From Lama guanicoe (Eukaryota), in NCBI GenBank assembly GCA_013239625.1, contig MU054187.1:1724366-1744365 (forward strand): 20,000 nucleotides of DNA, read 5' to 3'. The position numbers and the translations under genes were made by a program. The notes beneath the pieces were generated by a model. That model was given only the letters and a program-made list of their open reading frames with translations. It was not told the origin of the DNA and ran no database searches. Of this stretch, positions 1 through 11,100 are shown piece after piece; within the stretch, counting starts at the first letter, position 1; each line of letters begins with the position of its first letter.

Positions 1-404
1 CCAGCAGGGAGTCACACACCCTTTTTGCTCCAGGACAGTGTTGTTCTGAGCTGACGAGCCCCTTCTGTTTCCAGCCCTCGCCCTGCCCAGCCGTGTAGTC
101 GAGTGTAGATCCCCAGACATTGTATAAGCAAAGGAAAGACTAGCCATAAACACAGCCCTACGAAGCCAGCAAAATCAGCATGCTCCTAATTTGACCCTTA
201 GACCTTCCTGTACGTTAGCAGATTTCCAGGGAGAGCGTAGAAGCTGGAAAGAATTCTGCCCAGTTTTCCTTCCTCTTGGCCTCAGCCAGCAAGTCTCCAC
301 TGTGATCCCTGGCGGCAGCTGTGTCTCAGGCTGCCTCTGCCGACTATGATTTCCTTGGGACCTTGGAAGCCCAACTGACTCGAGATGATGCAAGTCTCTC
401 ATTG

Positions 405-634
405 CTTCACCACCCTGGCAACCGCTGGTCTTTCTACTGTCTCCATAGTAACGCCTTTCCCAGATGTCACATGGTTGAAATCAGACAGTGTGTAGCCTTT
501 TCAGATTGGCTTCTTTCACCTGGTAATATGCAGGTGAGTTTCCTCCATGGCTTTTCAAGGCTGGATGGCTTATTTCTTTTTCAGTGCTGAGTAATATTCC
601 ATTGGTTGGTTGTACCATAGTTTGTTTATCCATT
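405..634 (-). mobile_element. Old LINE-1 (L1MC/L1MB-like) 3' end fragment
   Basis: Contains cctggcaacc..tctttctactgtctccatag..gccttttcagattggcttctttcac..taatattccattg..tgtaccatagtttgtttatccatt, typical of an antisense L1M 3' UTR. Confidence 0.8.
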
Positions 635-644
635 GATGTACTGG

Positions 645-760
645 TTTTATATCCATTTTACAGTTAAGAAAGATGGGCACAGAGGACTAATGACTTACCC
701 AATGCCAGGTATTTGGCAGGAGGGAGAGGACGGGTTTGGATCGAGGAAGCCTGCCTGCCG
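645..760 (-). mobile_element. MIR SINE fragment
   Basis: ccattttacagttaagaaagatgggcacagagg..tgacttacccaa matches the MIR core in reverse. Confidence 0.6.
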
Positions 761-2147
761 CTAACACGTTCATCACCAACGGAAGCATGCTGAGTTCCCC
801 TACCCACTTTAGAAGCATGTCTATTCTTTCCCCCAACAAATATTTACTAAGTGCTCAGAACGCTTCTCGACATAAACTGGTCTTCTGAGCCTAGTTTTCT
901 CTTACAAAATAACTCATATATACTCGTTCAAAATTATAGTCTCAACCACCTGAAAACCCCACATAAAGTCTTTCAAGCTAATGAAGGTTCCCTGAGACGT
1001 TACAGTGAATTTCACAAAAGACACCGCATATCCGGTTGGCACAGTGACGGCCAGGCTCCTGCGGGATTTCCCTTGTGCTTACCTGAGGCTCTGCCCCCTG
1101 AGGATGGAGGGTTAGCAGGAGGACAACCAGAGGCGGAATTTCGGCATTTCTACTTAGGAGCTGTTTGCCAATAAGAAGTAACTGCCCCGAACCTCAGTTT
1201 CCTTAAAAGAAGGGGAAATCACATGCCTCCCAGGCTGCGAGGCTGGAGTGAATGGGTGAGAGCAGCTGCCTGGTGGGAAGGCGCCCCCCAGAGGCTGAGC
1301 GCGTGGCTCCCACGGCATCACTGCCTGGACCGTCCTGGCCTGCTTCCTGACTAGAGCTGGCCACTGGGCCGCAGCCGCTGCTGGAGCACCGGGGACTCAA
1401 GAATCCTCAGGCAGCAGCGGTCCTATGGCAATAAGTTGCCTGGCCACAGGGATGCGACGCCCAGGATAGAACACAATTTCCATAAACATGTTTTGCATAA
1501 AATTCCATTTCCTCCATTCATGAGAATAAAAATGACAGAATATACTTCTTATTTGTGTATGGAAGACTGGACTCATCCCACTAAATGTGAGCTCTTCTAG
1601 AGAGAACAGCATCAAAGTGAGGCCAAGCTGCCCTTCCTCACTGCCCCACAGGGCTGCGCCCGTGCCCGGAGGCAGACCCTCCCCATGGGGATGCGCCTCT
1701 GCCCAAAGGTGGGCGTGGAGGACCAGCGTTGGAGGCAGGGCCGCGCTGGGTCCCACCTACGGCTCTGAGCGTGGATGCTCCACCCACATTCGCCTTCCTT
1801 TCGGGTCGCAGGGACGCTTGCTGTCCCCAGAGCGGGGGTTCCATCATGGCAGATGCCACAGCCACTTCAGAAATGCTGGGGACACGCTGAGCCAGGTTTG
1901 GCAGCTTCAGGGACTTAAGGTGAATGCTCTCTTTTCAGCTGAATAGCCAATAATTGATTTCTCTGTCTGCAGATATTCAGCAGATTCTTTGATTCAGCGG
2001 TGCTGGTTAACATTTCATCAGAACTGAAAACGAGGATGGGGACCATCCCCATGAAGTAAAACTCACGGGCTCCCTCCAGAGCGTGGCCCCCAAAGCACGA
2101 GCCTTGGCCCATGGCTGAGCCTGCAGCTTTGAGACGCGCCGTGTAAC

Positions 2148-2535
2148 CGTTCGGGGCTGAATCCTGTCCCCGAAACACGGGCTGAACCCCTAGCCCCCAG
2201 GCCGGAAGGGTGCAACAGTACTTGGAGGCAGGGTCTTTGACGACATCCTGAAGGTACCATTGGGTCATTCAGGTGGGCCCTATCCAGCCTGACCGGTGTC
2301 CTTGTGGGAAGAGGTCAGGACACAGACAGCACCCAGGTACCCACAGCGGGGAGGCCACACGGGGACACGGGAGAAGACGGCCGTCCACACGCCACGGAGA
2401 GGCTTCCGGAGAAAGTGAACCTGCTCACGCCTTGACCTCTGACCTCCAGCCTCCAGAACCGTGAGAAGTAAGTGTGTGTATCCGCGTCACCCAGGTCCCC
2501 ACATCTTGTTGTGTCAGCCCTGCGGCGCTAATGGA
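2148..2535 (+). mobile_element. MaLR solo LTR (MLT1A/B-like)
   Basis: gggctgaat..tgtcccc start, agggtctttg, ggtgggccct, ggtgtccttgtgggaagagg, gccttgacctctgacctccagcctccagaaccgtgagaa, ending near cagccc..ctaat. Confidence 0.85.
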
Positions 2536-2603
2536 GCAGCACATACGTTCGAGTTTTCACTTTCGTTCTGAGTTAACAAAAGGAAGTGAATGATTTTACC
2601 TTC

Positions 2604-2621
2604 CTCTCTCTCTCTCTCTCT
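2604..2621 (+). repeat. (CT)n microsatellite
   Basis: ctctctctctctctctct seen directly. Confidence 0.9.
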
Positions 2622-3505
2622 TTTTATTTTTTCCGGGAAACTAAGGAGAGAATGTGTCAGGCCTGTCTTCAAATCCTTTTCTCCTGCAGAGCGTTGTCTT
2701 TTGTGAGAACAGTAACAGCTCGGTCATAGTTCTGGGTCAGTTCCAAGGCTGGAAAGAAAGCACGGTGATTCACCCACAATTCTTTGGAAAAATAAACATA
2801 CATCCTACTAGACCAGAGAGTGAAGCCGTTTCGTCGTTGCAAGGACAGATTCCAACTTATTGAAGCAAAACACTCGTCCACAGAGGGAGCGTTTTAAAAT
2901 CGATGAAATATTTTCCAAGGTGAAAAAACCCAGCGTTCACAAGTGGGCACGTGAGTCCGCGTTGCTCAGACTTCTGCCGTGTTTCTGACACGGCTGACTG
3001 ACAAGCAGTTTTCACAGGCATGAGCATGCTTACCTCAGCTTCAGGCCAGATTACAGTCAGGACTGGCTGTGCTTCAGACTCGGGCTTCCCGCTGGAATGT
3101 GCACGTCCCCGGGTCCTGCAACAGCGCTCTGTCCACACAGCAGCTGCTGACCGTGTCCAGGGCCCCTCTGGGTTCAGAAAAGCCTGAAAGCGGCCAACGG
3201 GCAGTGACTGCTTCCCATGTTCATGTTACAATGTCCCGTGAATTCGTAAAAGCAACCAGATGCTGCCGTCACTCATTGTCTCCATGGCTCATGAGTGACA
3301 AAAGATGCCTAAAATTTTAAAGGTAATTGACAGCAAAACCCTACAAGCGACTCTTACTGTACATTCACCTGTGAATGTCGGAGATACGGGTTCTGCATAG
3401 ATGGCTTTTAGAGGGGTTTTTTTGGAGGCAGTGTTTTGATTGCTTGCTTTTGAACAAGAGAAAATAAAACACGCCGTAGCTGACAGCATGAAGGACATGA
3501 AGACT

Positions 3506-3744
3506 TCAGCTGGTCTGAGGCCCAGGAGAAGGAGGAAGGAACAGCTCAGCCAAGGATGTGACCTGAACTTTGGAGTCTAATTTTTGCCCAGGTGTGTCTT
3601 TCAGACTCCTTGTCGTGTCATTAAAATAAAGGTCAGGGAGCACACGAGATGAATGTGAAGGCGTCTGAGAACAAAACGTGTCTATTTTGTTCAGCTGGAT
3701 TCGGGGTATGTGAGTGCTTAAAAAATTATCCTTGAAGTTTTTTC
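3506..3744 (-). pseudogene. Terminal coding exon G (GKNFKDNFLSTHIPRIQLNKIDTFCSQTP...FLPPSPGPQTS*)
   Basis: Acceptor ttttgttattatgcaatatttcag|GA with T-rich sequence upstream. Open for 78 codons to TGA (track ORF 3506..3766); phase-1 entry. Confidence 0.65.
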
Positions 3745-4572
3745 CTGAAATATTGCATAATAACAAAAGTAAAAATGAAGAGAAATGTCTTCTCAGTGTT
3801 TTTTTTTTTAATTTCCTTCTTTTGTGGATGATGGCCCGTAGTCCACCCCTCTGTGTGTACTGGGCCCCCGTGGCTGGACAAGCAGAAGGAAGCCTGCGAG
3901 CCAGTCCTCGGGGCCGTTAGAAGGGCTGAGAGGGTCTGCATCCCTCAGGACCAGCCTGGGCCAGTGGTACCCATGGCTTTCCTTCTGTTCGGGCTGCCAT
4001 GTAAAAATGCACTTGGACACTTTCAGGGTAGGGAGTCAAAATGGTTTTTTGATGGTTGGGGATCTCATAATTTCTCAGGAAGCTCTTGTGAGGTTTTAGA
4101 GGTTTGGAAGAGCGAATCCTCTGGTACTGGGGTGGGAGAAGCAGAAAAGCCTCAGCCAGGAAGCTCCCATCACCGTCGCTCGTCAAGGCGGGTTACTCTG
4201 TTTAGAATGTTGGAAATGAAAGAGTGTTAGGATGGGAAATGAAAGAGCGGCTTATACATACAGAGAGTGAGAGACATTTGGGCAGAGAAGCCCTGCATGG
4301 AAAGCCCTGCTCTATTTATGCAAAAATAGTTAAAATGGACTGTTCCACAATTATTAAGAATCTGTTACATACCAGAGACTTCAAACTTCACTGCAGAACT
4401 TGAACGTAAATAAAAACCTGGTGTCTCTGTTGAGTTGCCCATTCTTTCTGTGTAAGAGTCTCTCTCTTTTAAGCCCAAAGAACTCCCAAGTTGGCTGACA
4501 CGCAGCTCGTGGTGGTCGGGGCCCTGACTCTAGTCCAGCGGGGGCTTGAGAAGTGGATTAGCAGAGTGGTGG

Positions 4573-4666
4573 AGGTTCACTGGTGAGTTCTACCCAAGGT
4601 TTAAAAAATTAATGCTAGTTCTTCATAAACTATCCACCCCCAAAAGAAGTAGAGGGAACATTTCCC
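4573..4666 (+). mobile_element. Short sense-strand L1 ORF2 fragment (inverted copy of 6012-6108)
   Basis: ttcactggtgagttctacccaa..ttcttcataaact..agagggaacatttccca resembles the ORF2 segment GFTGEFYQ..LHKLF..EGTLPN. Confidence 0.65.
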
Positions 4667-7012
4667 ATGGATACAATGTCTTTCTGTTTATTTAGATATT
4701 CTTTAATTTCTTTTAATAATGACTTATGGTAAGGTATAACTTTTTCACTTCTTTCATTAAATTTTTTTTACATTTTTTTATTGAGTTGTAGTCAGTTTAC
4801 AATGTTGTGTCGAATTCCAGCGTAGAGCACAATTTTTCAGTTATACATGAACATACATATATTCATTGTCACATTTTCTTCTCTGTGAGCTACCACAAGA
4901 TCTTGTATATATTTCCCTGCGCTATGCAGTATAATCTTGTTTATCCATTCTGCATATGCCTGTCAGTATCTACAGATTTTGAAATCCCAGTCTGTCTCTT
5001 CCCACCTCCCGCCTCCTTGGCAACCACAAGTTTGTATTCTATGTCTATGAGTCTGTTTCTGTTTTGTATTTATGTTCTTTTTCTTTTTTTTTTTTTTTTA
5101 GATTCCACACATTAGTGATCTCATATGGTATTTTTCTTTCTCTTTCTGGCTTACTTCACTTAGAATGACATTCTCCAGGAGCATCCATGTTGCTGTAAAT
5201 GGCATTATGTTGTCGGTTTTTATGGCTGAGTAGTATTTCATTGTATAAATATACCACCTCTTCTTTATCCAGTCATCTGTTGATGTACATTTCCATGTCT
5301 TGGCTATTGTAAATAATGCTGCTGTGAACACTGGGGTGCAGGTGTCATCCTGAAGTAGGGTTCCTTCTGGATATATGCCCAGGAGCAGGATTCCTAGGTC
5401 ATATGGTAAGTCTGTTCCTATTCTTTCGAGGAATCTCCATACTATTTTCCACAGTGGCCGCACCAAACTGCATTCCCACCAGCAGTGTAGGAGGCTTCCC
5501 TTTACTCCACAGCCTCTCCAGTATTTGTCATTTGTGGACTTTTGAATGGTCATTCTGACTGCTGTGAGGTTCTTTTGTTAAATTTATCGCCAAGTATTTT
5601 ATTCTTTTTGATGCTATTGTAAATAAAACTGTGTCATGAATTTTATTTTCAGATTGTTCATTGCTAGTGCATAGAAATGCCATTGACTTTTGTATATTGA
5701 TCTTGTAGCTTATAATCTTGCTGAACTCATTCTAATAGTCTTAAAGTGTATCACCTTGGAGATCTGTATCTACATAAGTTGATATTCAGATGGTAAACCA
5801 ACATTGTGATATAGGGATAAATCCCACTTGGTCATGGTGTGTGATGTTTTTACGTTTCTGGATTCAGCTTGCTGGTATTTTGTTGGGAAGTTTTGCATCT
5901 GTGTTCGTAAGATAATTCTGTCTGTAGTTTTCTTTTGACATTTATAGTTTTCTTAGACATCTTTTGGTGTCTTTGTTTTGGGGTGTTGGGGTGATAACTG
6001 GTCTCAAAGGATGAGTTGGAACATGTTCCCTCCTTTTCTGTTTGGGGTGAGAGTTTATGAAGAATTAGTATTGGTTTTTTGAGCACTTGGTAGAATTCAC
6101 TGGTGAAGCTACCTCAGATTTTCTCTGAGGGTGGTGTTTGAATTACTTTGTCTCTTTGATGGTAGTTTTTAAATGACTGATTCAGTCACCTTACCAGTTA
6201 CAGGTCTACTCAGATTTTCTATTTCTTTATGAGTCAGTTTGAATTGTTTTTGTCTGTCTAGAAATTTTTCCATTTTTTCTAAGTTATCTAATTTATTGAT
6301 AAAATTGTTCATGCTATTCTTTAATAATTCTCTTTTATTTTTGTAAGGTTAGAAGTAATATCCTCTCTTTCATTTCTGATTCAGTATTTCTGTATTTTTG
6401 AATTTGCAGTGTGTCCCCTGTAGGCAGTATGTCGTTGAATCTTTTTATAAAACCTAGTCTGACAATCTCTGCCTTTTGATTAGGTAATTTATTTCATTTA
6501 CACTTAATGTAACTGTTAGTACAGTTGATTTGTGTACTGTTTTACTATTTTAAACGTCTCATGTCATTTCTGTTCTGCTACTGCTACTCAGCTGCTTTCT
6601 TTTGTGTTAAGCGAATATTTTCTAGTGTAACATTTTGGTCTTTTAAATGATTTTTTTTCTGTTTTTTGAGTTGTTCCCTTAGCATTACTCTAGGGCTTAC
6701 AATATACATCTTAATTTGCAAGAATCAGCTTCAGCTTTATACTAACTTAATTGCAAAGAGATACAGAAATGTTACTGCTATGTTTTTTTTTCCTGCTTTC
6801 TGTGTTATTATTGTTGTACACGTAACGACTATGAAAGTTACAAACTCAACAATACATTGATATAAATGGTATAAAATACACAATTTTATATTTTTTAAAG
6901 ACTCGGAGACAGGAGAGTCAGTGTATACTTATAACTTTTGTTATATTACTCTTAATTTTTTTTGCTTATTGCTGATTATCTTCATTTGCTCCTACGGCTT
7001 TGAATCACCCTC
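4667..7012 (-). mobile_element. Old, degenerate LINE-1 (L1M; ORF2 plus upstream portion), interrupted by a younger L1 at 4765-5569
   Basis: Antisense L1 motifs continue across the insertion (cacttctt..ttaaatttat..aagtattttattctttttgatgctattgtaaat; ataaatcccacttggtcatggtgt; tggtagaattcactggtgaagc; gtctgacaatctctgccttttgatt). Track ORF 5850..6086 gives a decayed ORF2 peptide (ILHKL..EKEGT.SNS). Confidence 0.8.
4765..5569 (-). mobile_element. Young, 5'-truncated lineage-specific LINE-1 (ORF2 C-terminus, 3' UTR and polyA) with a 16-bp target-site duplication
   Basis: Track ORF 5098..5553 encodes HCWWECSLVRPLWK..YDLGILLLGIYP..FTAALFTIAKTW..WYIYTMKYYSAIK..FTATWMLLENVILSEVSQ, the L1 ORF2p C-terminal Cys-rich region. 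TSD copies at 4749-4764 and 5570-5585. Confidence 0.95.
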
Positions 7013-7017
7013 TGGGA

Positions 7018-7181
7018 TTAAGGCTGCCATCTACAAGCCAGGGAGAGAGGCTTCAGAGAAACCAGCCCTGCCGGCACTTGCTGCTGGGCTTCCAGCTCCC
7101 AGAATCGTGGGAAAATACATTTTTGTTGTTTAAGCCCCCCAGGCTGTGGTGTTTTGTTATGGCAGCTGGGCTGACTAATAC
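7018..7181 (+). mobile_element. MaLR LTR 3' half (MLT1/MST-like)
   Basis: aaggctgccatctacaagccagggagagaggcttcagagaaaccagccctgccggcac..cttccagctcccagaa..gttgtttaagcc..tgtggtgttttgttatggcagc..gactaatac. Confidence 0.85.
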
Positions 7182-8489
7182 TATAACTGTGATAACTTCA
7201 CTTCTGCATTAATCTTTTTTTCCTCCGAAAAGTTTGAGCCAACACCTTCCTATCCCCTCCTATTGCCACTAAAAAATCCAAACAAAATTAGACAAATTCT
7301 GGCTTTTTTTTCCCCCAGCCTGAGATGGAAGTGGTGAGAGACATTGCCACTTTTGGATGGTTTTCTGCACACTTTTGGGCGAACTCCCAAAAGAACCAAG
7401 CGCCATGAATGCACTTTTCTGGTACGACATGATTTTGGAGGGTCTGTGACTCACCCTCTCCCTGCAGTACCACACCCTGCTCCTGCGGGCTGAGAAGCAG
7501 GACTGTGAGCCCCTCAGAAAGCCTTAGCATCCTCTGTCTTTCTTCTCTATCCTTCTCTTTCCAAATATGATAGATTGTGTGAAGTCGCACCCCTCCCCTT
7601 GTGGGACGGCTCCTGTGTCGTTCACATGGCTTTTAAGCTTTGTTATCATTTGTTTTGTTCAGTTGCAGAAAACAAGATGTTGCCTTCTGGCTCCGTTCTG
7701 CCTTGATTCCATGTTTCCTTCTGCCCTCTTGCTTCAGAGGAGCCTCTCAAATAAAACAAAGATGCCACAACATGGGCTCCCACCAGCCCACGTCTCGAGT
7801 CCATCCTAGGAGGCCTTGACTCTACCTGAGACGAACCTAGACTGTCCTCAGACGAGGCTCTGCGTCCCTGGCAGTGGTCTGGGGTAAGGGTCACCAGACC
7901 CCTCCTTCCCACTGTACAGTGTGATACTGAGAAAGGCGTCACCTAGGAGAACTCAGTTCTGAGGGGCACCCGTCACATGATCTGCTCCTCAAGACTTACG
8001 TTTCATAATTGGAATTAATAGTCCAGGGGTGGACTTGATGCTAAACAGCACAACTGTACCATCGGTTCCAACACCAGAGTTTGGGGGATTTCTACGTGGT
8101 TTATGGAAAGGTTATTTTAAGAGGTGCCGTTTACAGTGAAGCCCTCTGACAGCGCCTCTTTACTGAACCAATTTGATATTTATAAATGCCTGGGGGAGGA
8201 GGAAGGAGCTACTGAAACTGCATCACCGCCTTCAGGAAAATTTTAAAAGGGCTTGTTGAATATTAACGTCGTGTACAATGACTTTTGAGCTCTTGCCAAG
8301 AGTGCCAGGGTAACCAGGGTAGGAAGGTCCCAGTGTGCCTGAAAATTATTTTAGCGTACAGAGCCCGACCCAAGCTGCTGTTTGTAGATTTAAACTTGCG
8401 GGCAGATGCTGTAAGAGGAGCAGAGCACTGGCAGCAGTTTGCAAATCGGCATCAGAGGGAAGCCCCGGGCTGAGAGCACGTGAACGCAC

Positions 8490-8568
8490 CTGAGATCACA
8501 GGCCCAGGGGAGATATTCAAAAGGACAAGGTGCTTCGGGGCCTGCACCGCAGGCGAGCTCACAAGCGG
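8490..8568 (-). pseudogene. Exon F (79 nt, open: PLVSSPAVQAPKHLVLLNISPGPVIS)
   Basis: Strong acceptor ctcctgtctccctttttcctgcag|CCG, donor TCAG|gtgcgt. Phase 0 to 1, matching the terminal exon. Confidence 0.65.
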
Positions 8569-8879
8569 CTGCAGGAAAAAGGGAGACAGGAGACTTTTCC
8601 CTAAAAAACACGTTCCCCTAGACTAAGAGCCCTCCATTAGGAAATGTGTTACGCATCTTCCCTTGTGTTTTAAATAGTTCTTTTTCCCCTGAGCATGCTC
8701 TCGTGTCATCGTCCTTTCATGCTTAATGGGATGTTTTTGTATTAAAATTATACAATAACGCAAATGATTATTAGACTGGAAGAAGATGGCATAACCTTTG
8801 GACTATACATACGCAAAGCTTGAATTCAAAACTGAACTGGAGCTACTGCATCTTTGTTAATTACCTTCTGGATTCTGCA

Positions 8880-8908
8880 CACAGGGTTTACACAGGGTTT
8901 GCACAGGG
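8880..8908 (+). repeat. 11-bp tandem repeat (cacagggttt[a/g]) x~2.6
   Basis: cacagggttta cacagggtttg cacaggg seen directly. Confidence 0.8.
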
Positions 8909-9264
8909 ACCGCGCAATGCCAGTTTTCTCTGAAGTCCTGCCATCCACGGGCTAATTCATGCAGCAAGAATTTATTCTAGCATTAATTAAAAAACAATCA
9001 TCACGAAGAATCTTTCTATTCATGAAAGAGAAAATAGAGTGCATTCTTTGTAGAGTTATGTAAATTTCCCAACGCTGTCCCTGCAATGAATAGATGAATA
9101 TAAATTTTAGTGCCGGTAATTAAGCACAATTATTTTCATTAGGAATATTTTGTTTTCATGGAAGTCATAGACGAAACTAAAGAAAAATTGAATAGGATCT
9201 TGATAAATGTCACAATATTATATCCAACCAACACAAAATGTAGTATCAATAGTGATACATTGTA

Positions 9265-9395
9265 TTTTTATTCCCACTTCACAGAAAAAGGAAGTAGATT
9301 GCATAGAGGTTTGGCAGCACCCAAAATCACACACAGAATAATCAGCAAAGCCCAGGTTTCGCCCCACGTTTGTCTGATCTCAAAGTTCACGCTCA
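9265..9395 (-). mobile_element. MIR SINE fragment
   Basis: ttattcccacttcacagaaaaaggaa..agaggtt..cccaaaatcacaca..gcccagg..tgtctgatctcaaag. Confidence 0.65.
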
Positions 9396-10119
9396 CGCCC
9401 GATGGGAAAGCAGTTGCCTGAGGCCCTGCCACCTCAGCGGTGGACAGAAGAGCCGCTCTAACATCCACGTGCGTCTGTGACGTGTTCTTTGGGGCTGAGG
9501 CTGGCTGACACCTCACAGTCACCGACGGGTGCCCATCGAACACGCGTGTGCGGCCGCCGTGTCTGCTGTCCTCCCACAGGCAGGGGGCCGGGGAACGCCC
9601 CGCGTAGAAGTTGGTAGTCTCCGTTGTGGGCAGAAGGACTAGAGAATGAGCTTAGTTACTTTAAAGACATGTCACTGTTACTGGTCTGGGAGCCCTGGAC
9701 TCTGACTCAGGTCCTGAGACTGATACCCCGAGCTCTGTCTGCCAATCGCATGAATGGGCAGCATTTGACTTTACTTCTGAAAGAGAAGAGGAACCGGTTT
9801 GCAAAATGAAAGTGACGGGGACCCTGGGGGAGCGTTCAGTGAATCACATCTGTTGTTGGTACAAAACAGGCTCCCCGAAGCTCCGTACAACTGCCCAGTG
9901 TCCCTCCTGCTCTGCGGCCAGGAGGCTCTCGCGCCCCCTGCGGGGTCTTCTGGGGCAGGAGCGCCCAGCGTGTTCTCTTCACTTTTTCTGGTTCCTCAGC
10001 TGAGATGGTTCAACGTCTGGGGGCTGGTGGGCTCCGCTGGACGGGGGTCTCTGGGCGGGCTGGCCTCCTCTGTGGGGTCACAGGGTCTCCCTCTCTCTCC
10101 CCTCTCTTACACACCCTGA

Positions 10120-10362
10120 GGAGGGGTTGCTGGAGCCTTCGATCTACAGCCAACTGGACAGAAGCACAGGTGACGACATGGGCGAGTTTGGCACCTGAAG
10201 AGGGAGAGGCAGTCTTGTAGGACCGAGCTCAGCCCGTGGGGTCCGACGCTGTCCCCAGGTAGACGGTGTCAGAGTCGAGCTGAAGTGGAGGACACTCAGC
10301 AGGTGCTGCAGAATCGCCTAGTGGTGGGTTGAAAACTCACACACGTTGGGGCTGGCGTCAGA
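10120..10362 (+). mobile_element. MER21-like ERVL LTR fragment
   Basis: cagccaactggacagaagcacaggtg..ggcacctgaag..ggcagtcttgtaggaccgagc..ccaggtagacggtgtcagagtcgagctgaa..ggacactcagc..cacacgttgg..gtcagaa matches the recalled MER21 3' part. Confidence 0.75.
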
Positions 10363-10762
10363 ATCGTTCCACATTATACACTCACCCCTATTATGGCTCC
10401 CAAATGTCTCATCCTATCAACCAGAGGGCGCAGGCTTGAGGCCCAGGGTCGCCTTGTCTAAGTTAGGTCCAGGTGCTGGTGAGGCCCCTCTAGGGCCGGC
10501 CTCCCAATCTGATGACCTGTGACCTCAAGGTTCACACAGTCTGTCGCCCCCGACACACACTGACAAGGGAGTGGCCGGAGAACCGGAAAAGAAGGGAAGA
10601 GGAGCGGCTGCTCCAGAGCACTGCTGCAATCCCGACCGCGCACGCTGCTCAGCCCTGCCCTCGGGAGCATCTGTCTGGGGCCCTCGGCTCCTCCCTCCCA
10701 ATCATAGTTCTTCATCCTGAGAAGTGGCCTTTGTTTGGAGCAAAATACCTTTCACAGCCTCG

Positions 10763-11100
10763 TGTTGGGGGTTCCCAAGCCCAGCCTGGGTTTCAGTAGA
10801 CGGACCTGCAGGGATCAGAAGCTGTTGCACTGATGGTTATGGTTTATTACAGTGAAAGGATACAGAATAAAACAGGAAAGGAAAAGGTGCCTGGAGTGAC
10901 GTCCGGGAGGAAGCGGGTGTGGCCTCCAGGCGTCCTCTGCTGTGAACGCACACGTGCACTGAATCTTCCCGCGACAATGTGTAGCCGCACGTGCACGATG
11001 TTGGCAGCAGGGGAAGCTCGCCTGAGCCGCGGTGTCCAGGGGGTTTCCTGGGGTCAGTTTTACTGGGGCCGTGAAGGTGCACACCACCTCGATTGCTTTG
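10763..11100 (-). mobile_element. MER68/MER77-like (MER21-group) ERVL LTR
   Basis: gttgggggttcccaag..gctgttgcactgatggttatggtttattacagtgaaaggatacaga..ggggaagctcgcctgagccgcggtgtccag; the LTR AATAAA lies on the minus strand. Confidence 0.7.

Noticed and set aside
1203..2464. Cluster of overlapping 60-120 aa ORFs on both strands
   Set aside because: GC-rich, stop-poor DNA plus an MLT1 LTR. The peptides are G/P/R/A-rich with no chainable splice structure.
2623..2628. Minus-strand AATAAA ~880 nt after the stop codon as the polyA signal
   Set aside because: It sits in a low-complexity T-run beside a (CT)n repeat with no clear GU-rich downstream element, so it is plausible but unsupported.
3028..3116. 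Strong minus-strand donor GAG|gtaagc at 3034, downstream of the stop codon
   Set aside because: The upstream acceptor has a poor pyrimidine tract and no partner exon was found. It may be chance or a 3' UTR splice.
5098..5553. 151-aa ORF, the longest in the track
   Set aside because: It is the C-terminus of LINE-1 ORF2p in a 5'-truncated insertion, not a host gene or an active element.
5850..6086. 78-aa ORF with an ORF2-like start
   Set aside because: Decayed L1 ORF2 that frameshifts after about 30 aa.
8390..8611. Track ORF reading AACELACGAGPEAPCPFEYLPW over exon F
   Set aside because: This alternative frame would exit in phase 2, which does not fit the phase-1 terminal exon.
8880..8908. 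cagggttt repeats as telomere-like or CRISPR-like units
   Set aside because: There are fewer than three abutting 11-bp units, no spacers, and they are not TTAGGG; this is simple slippage.
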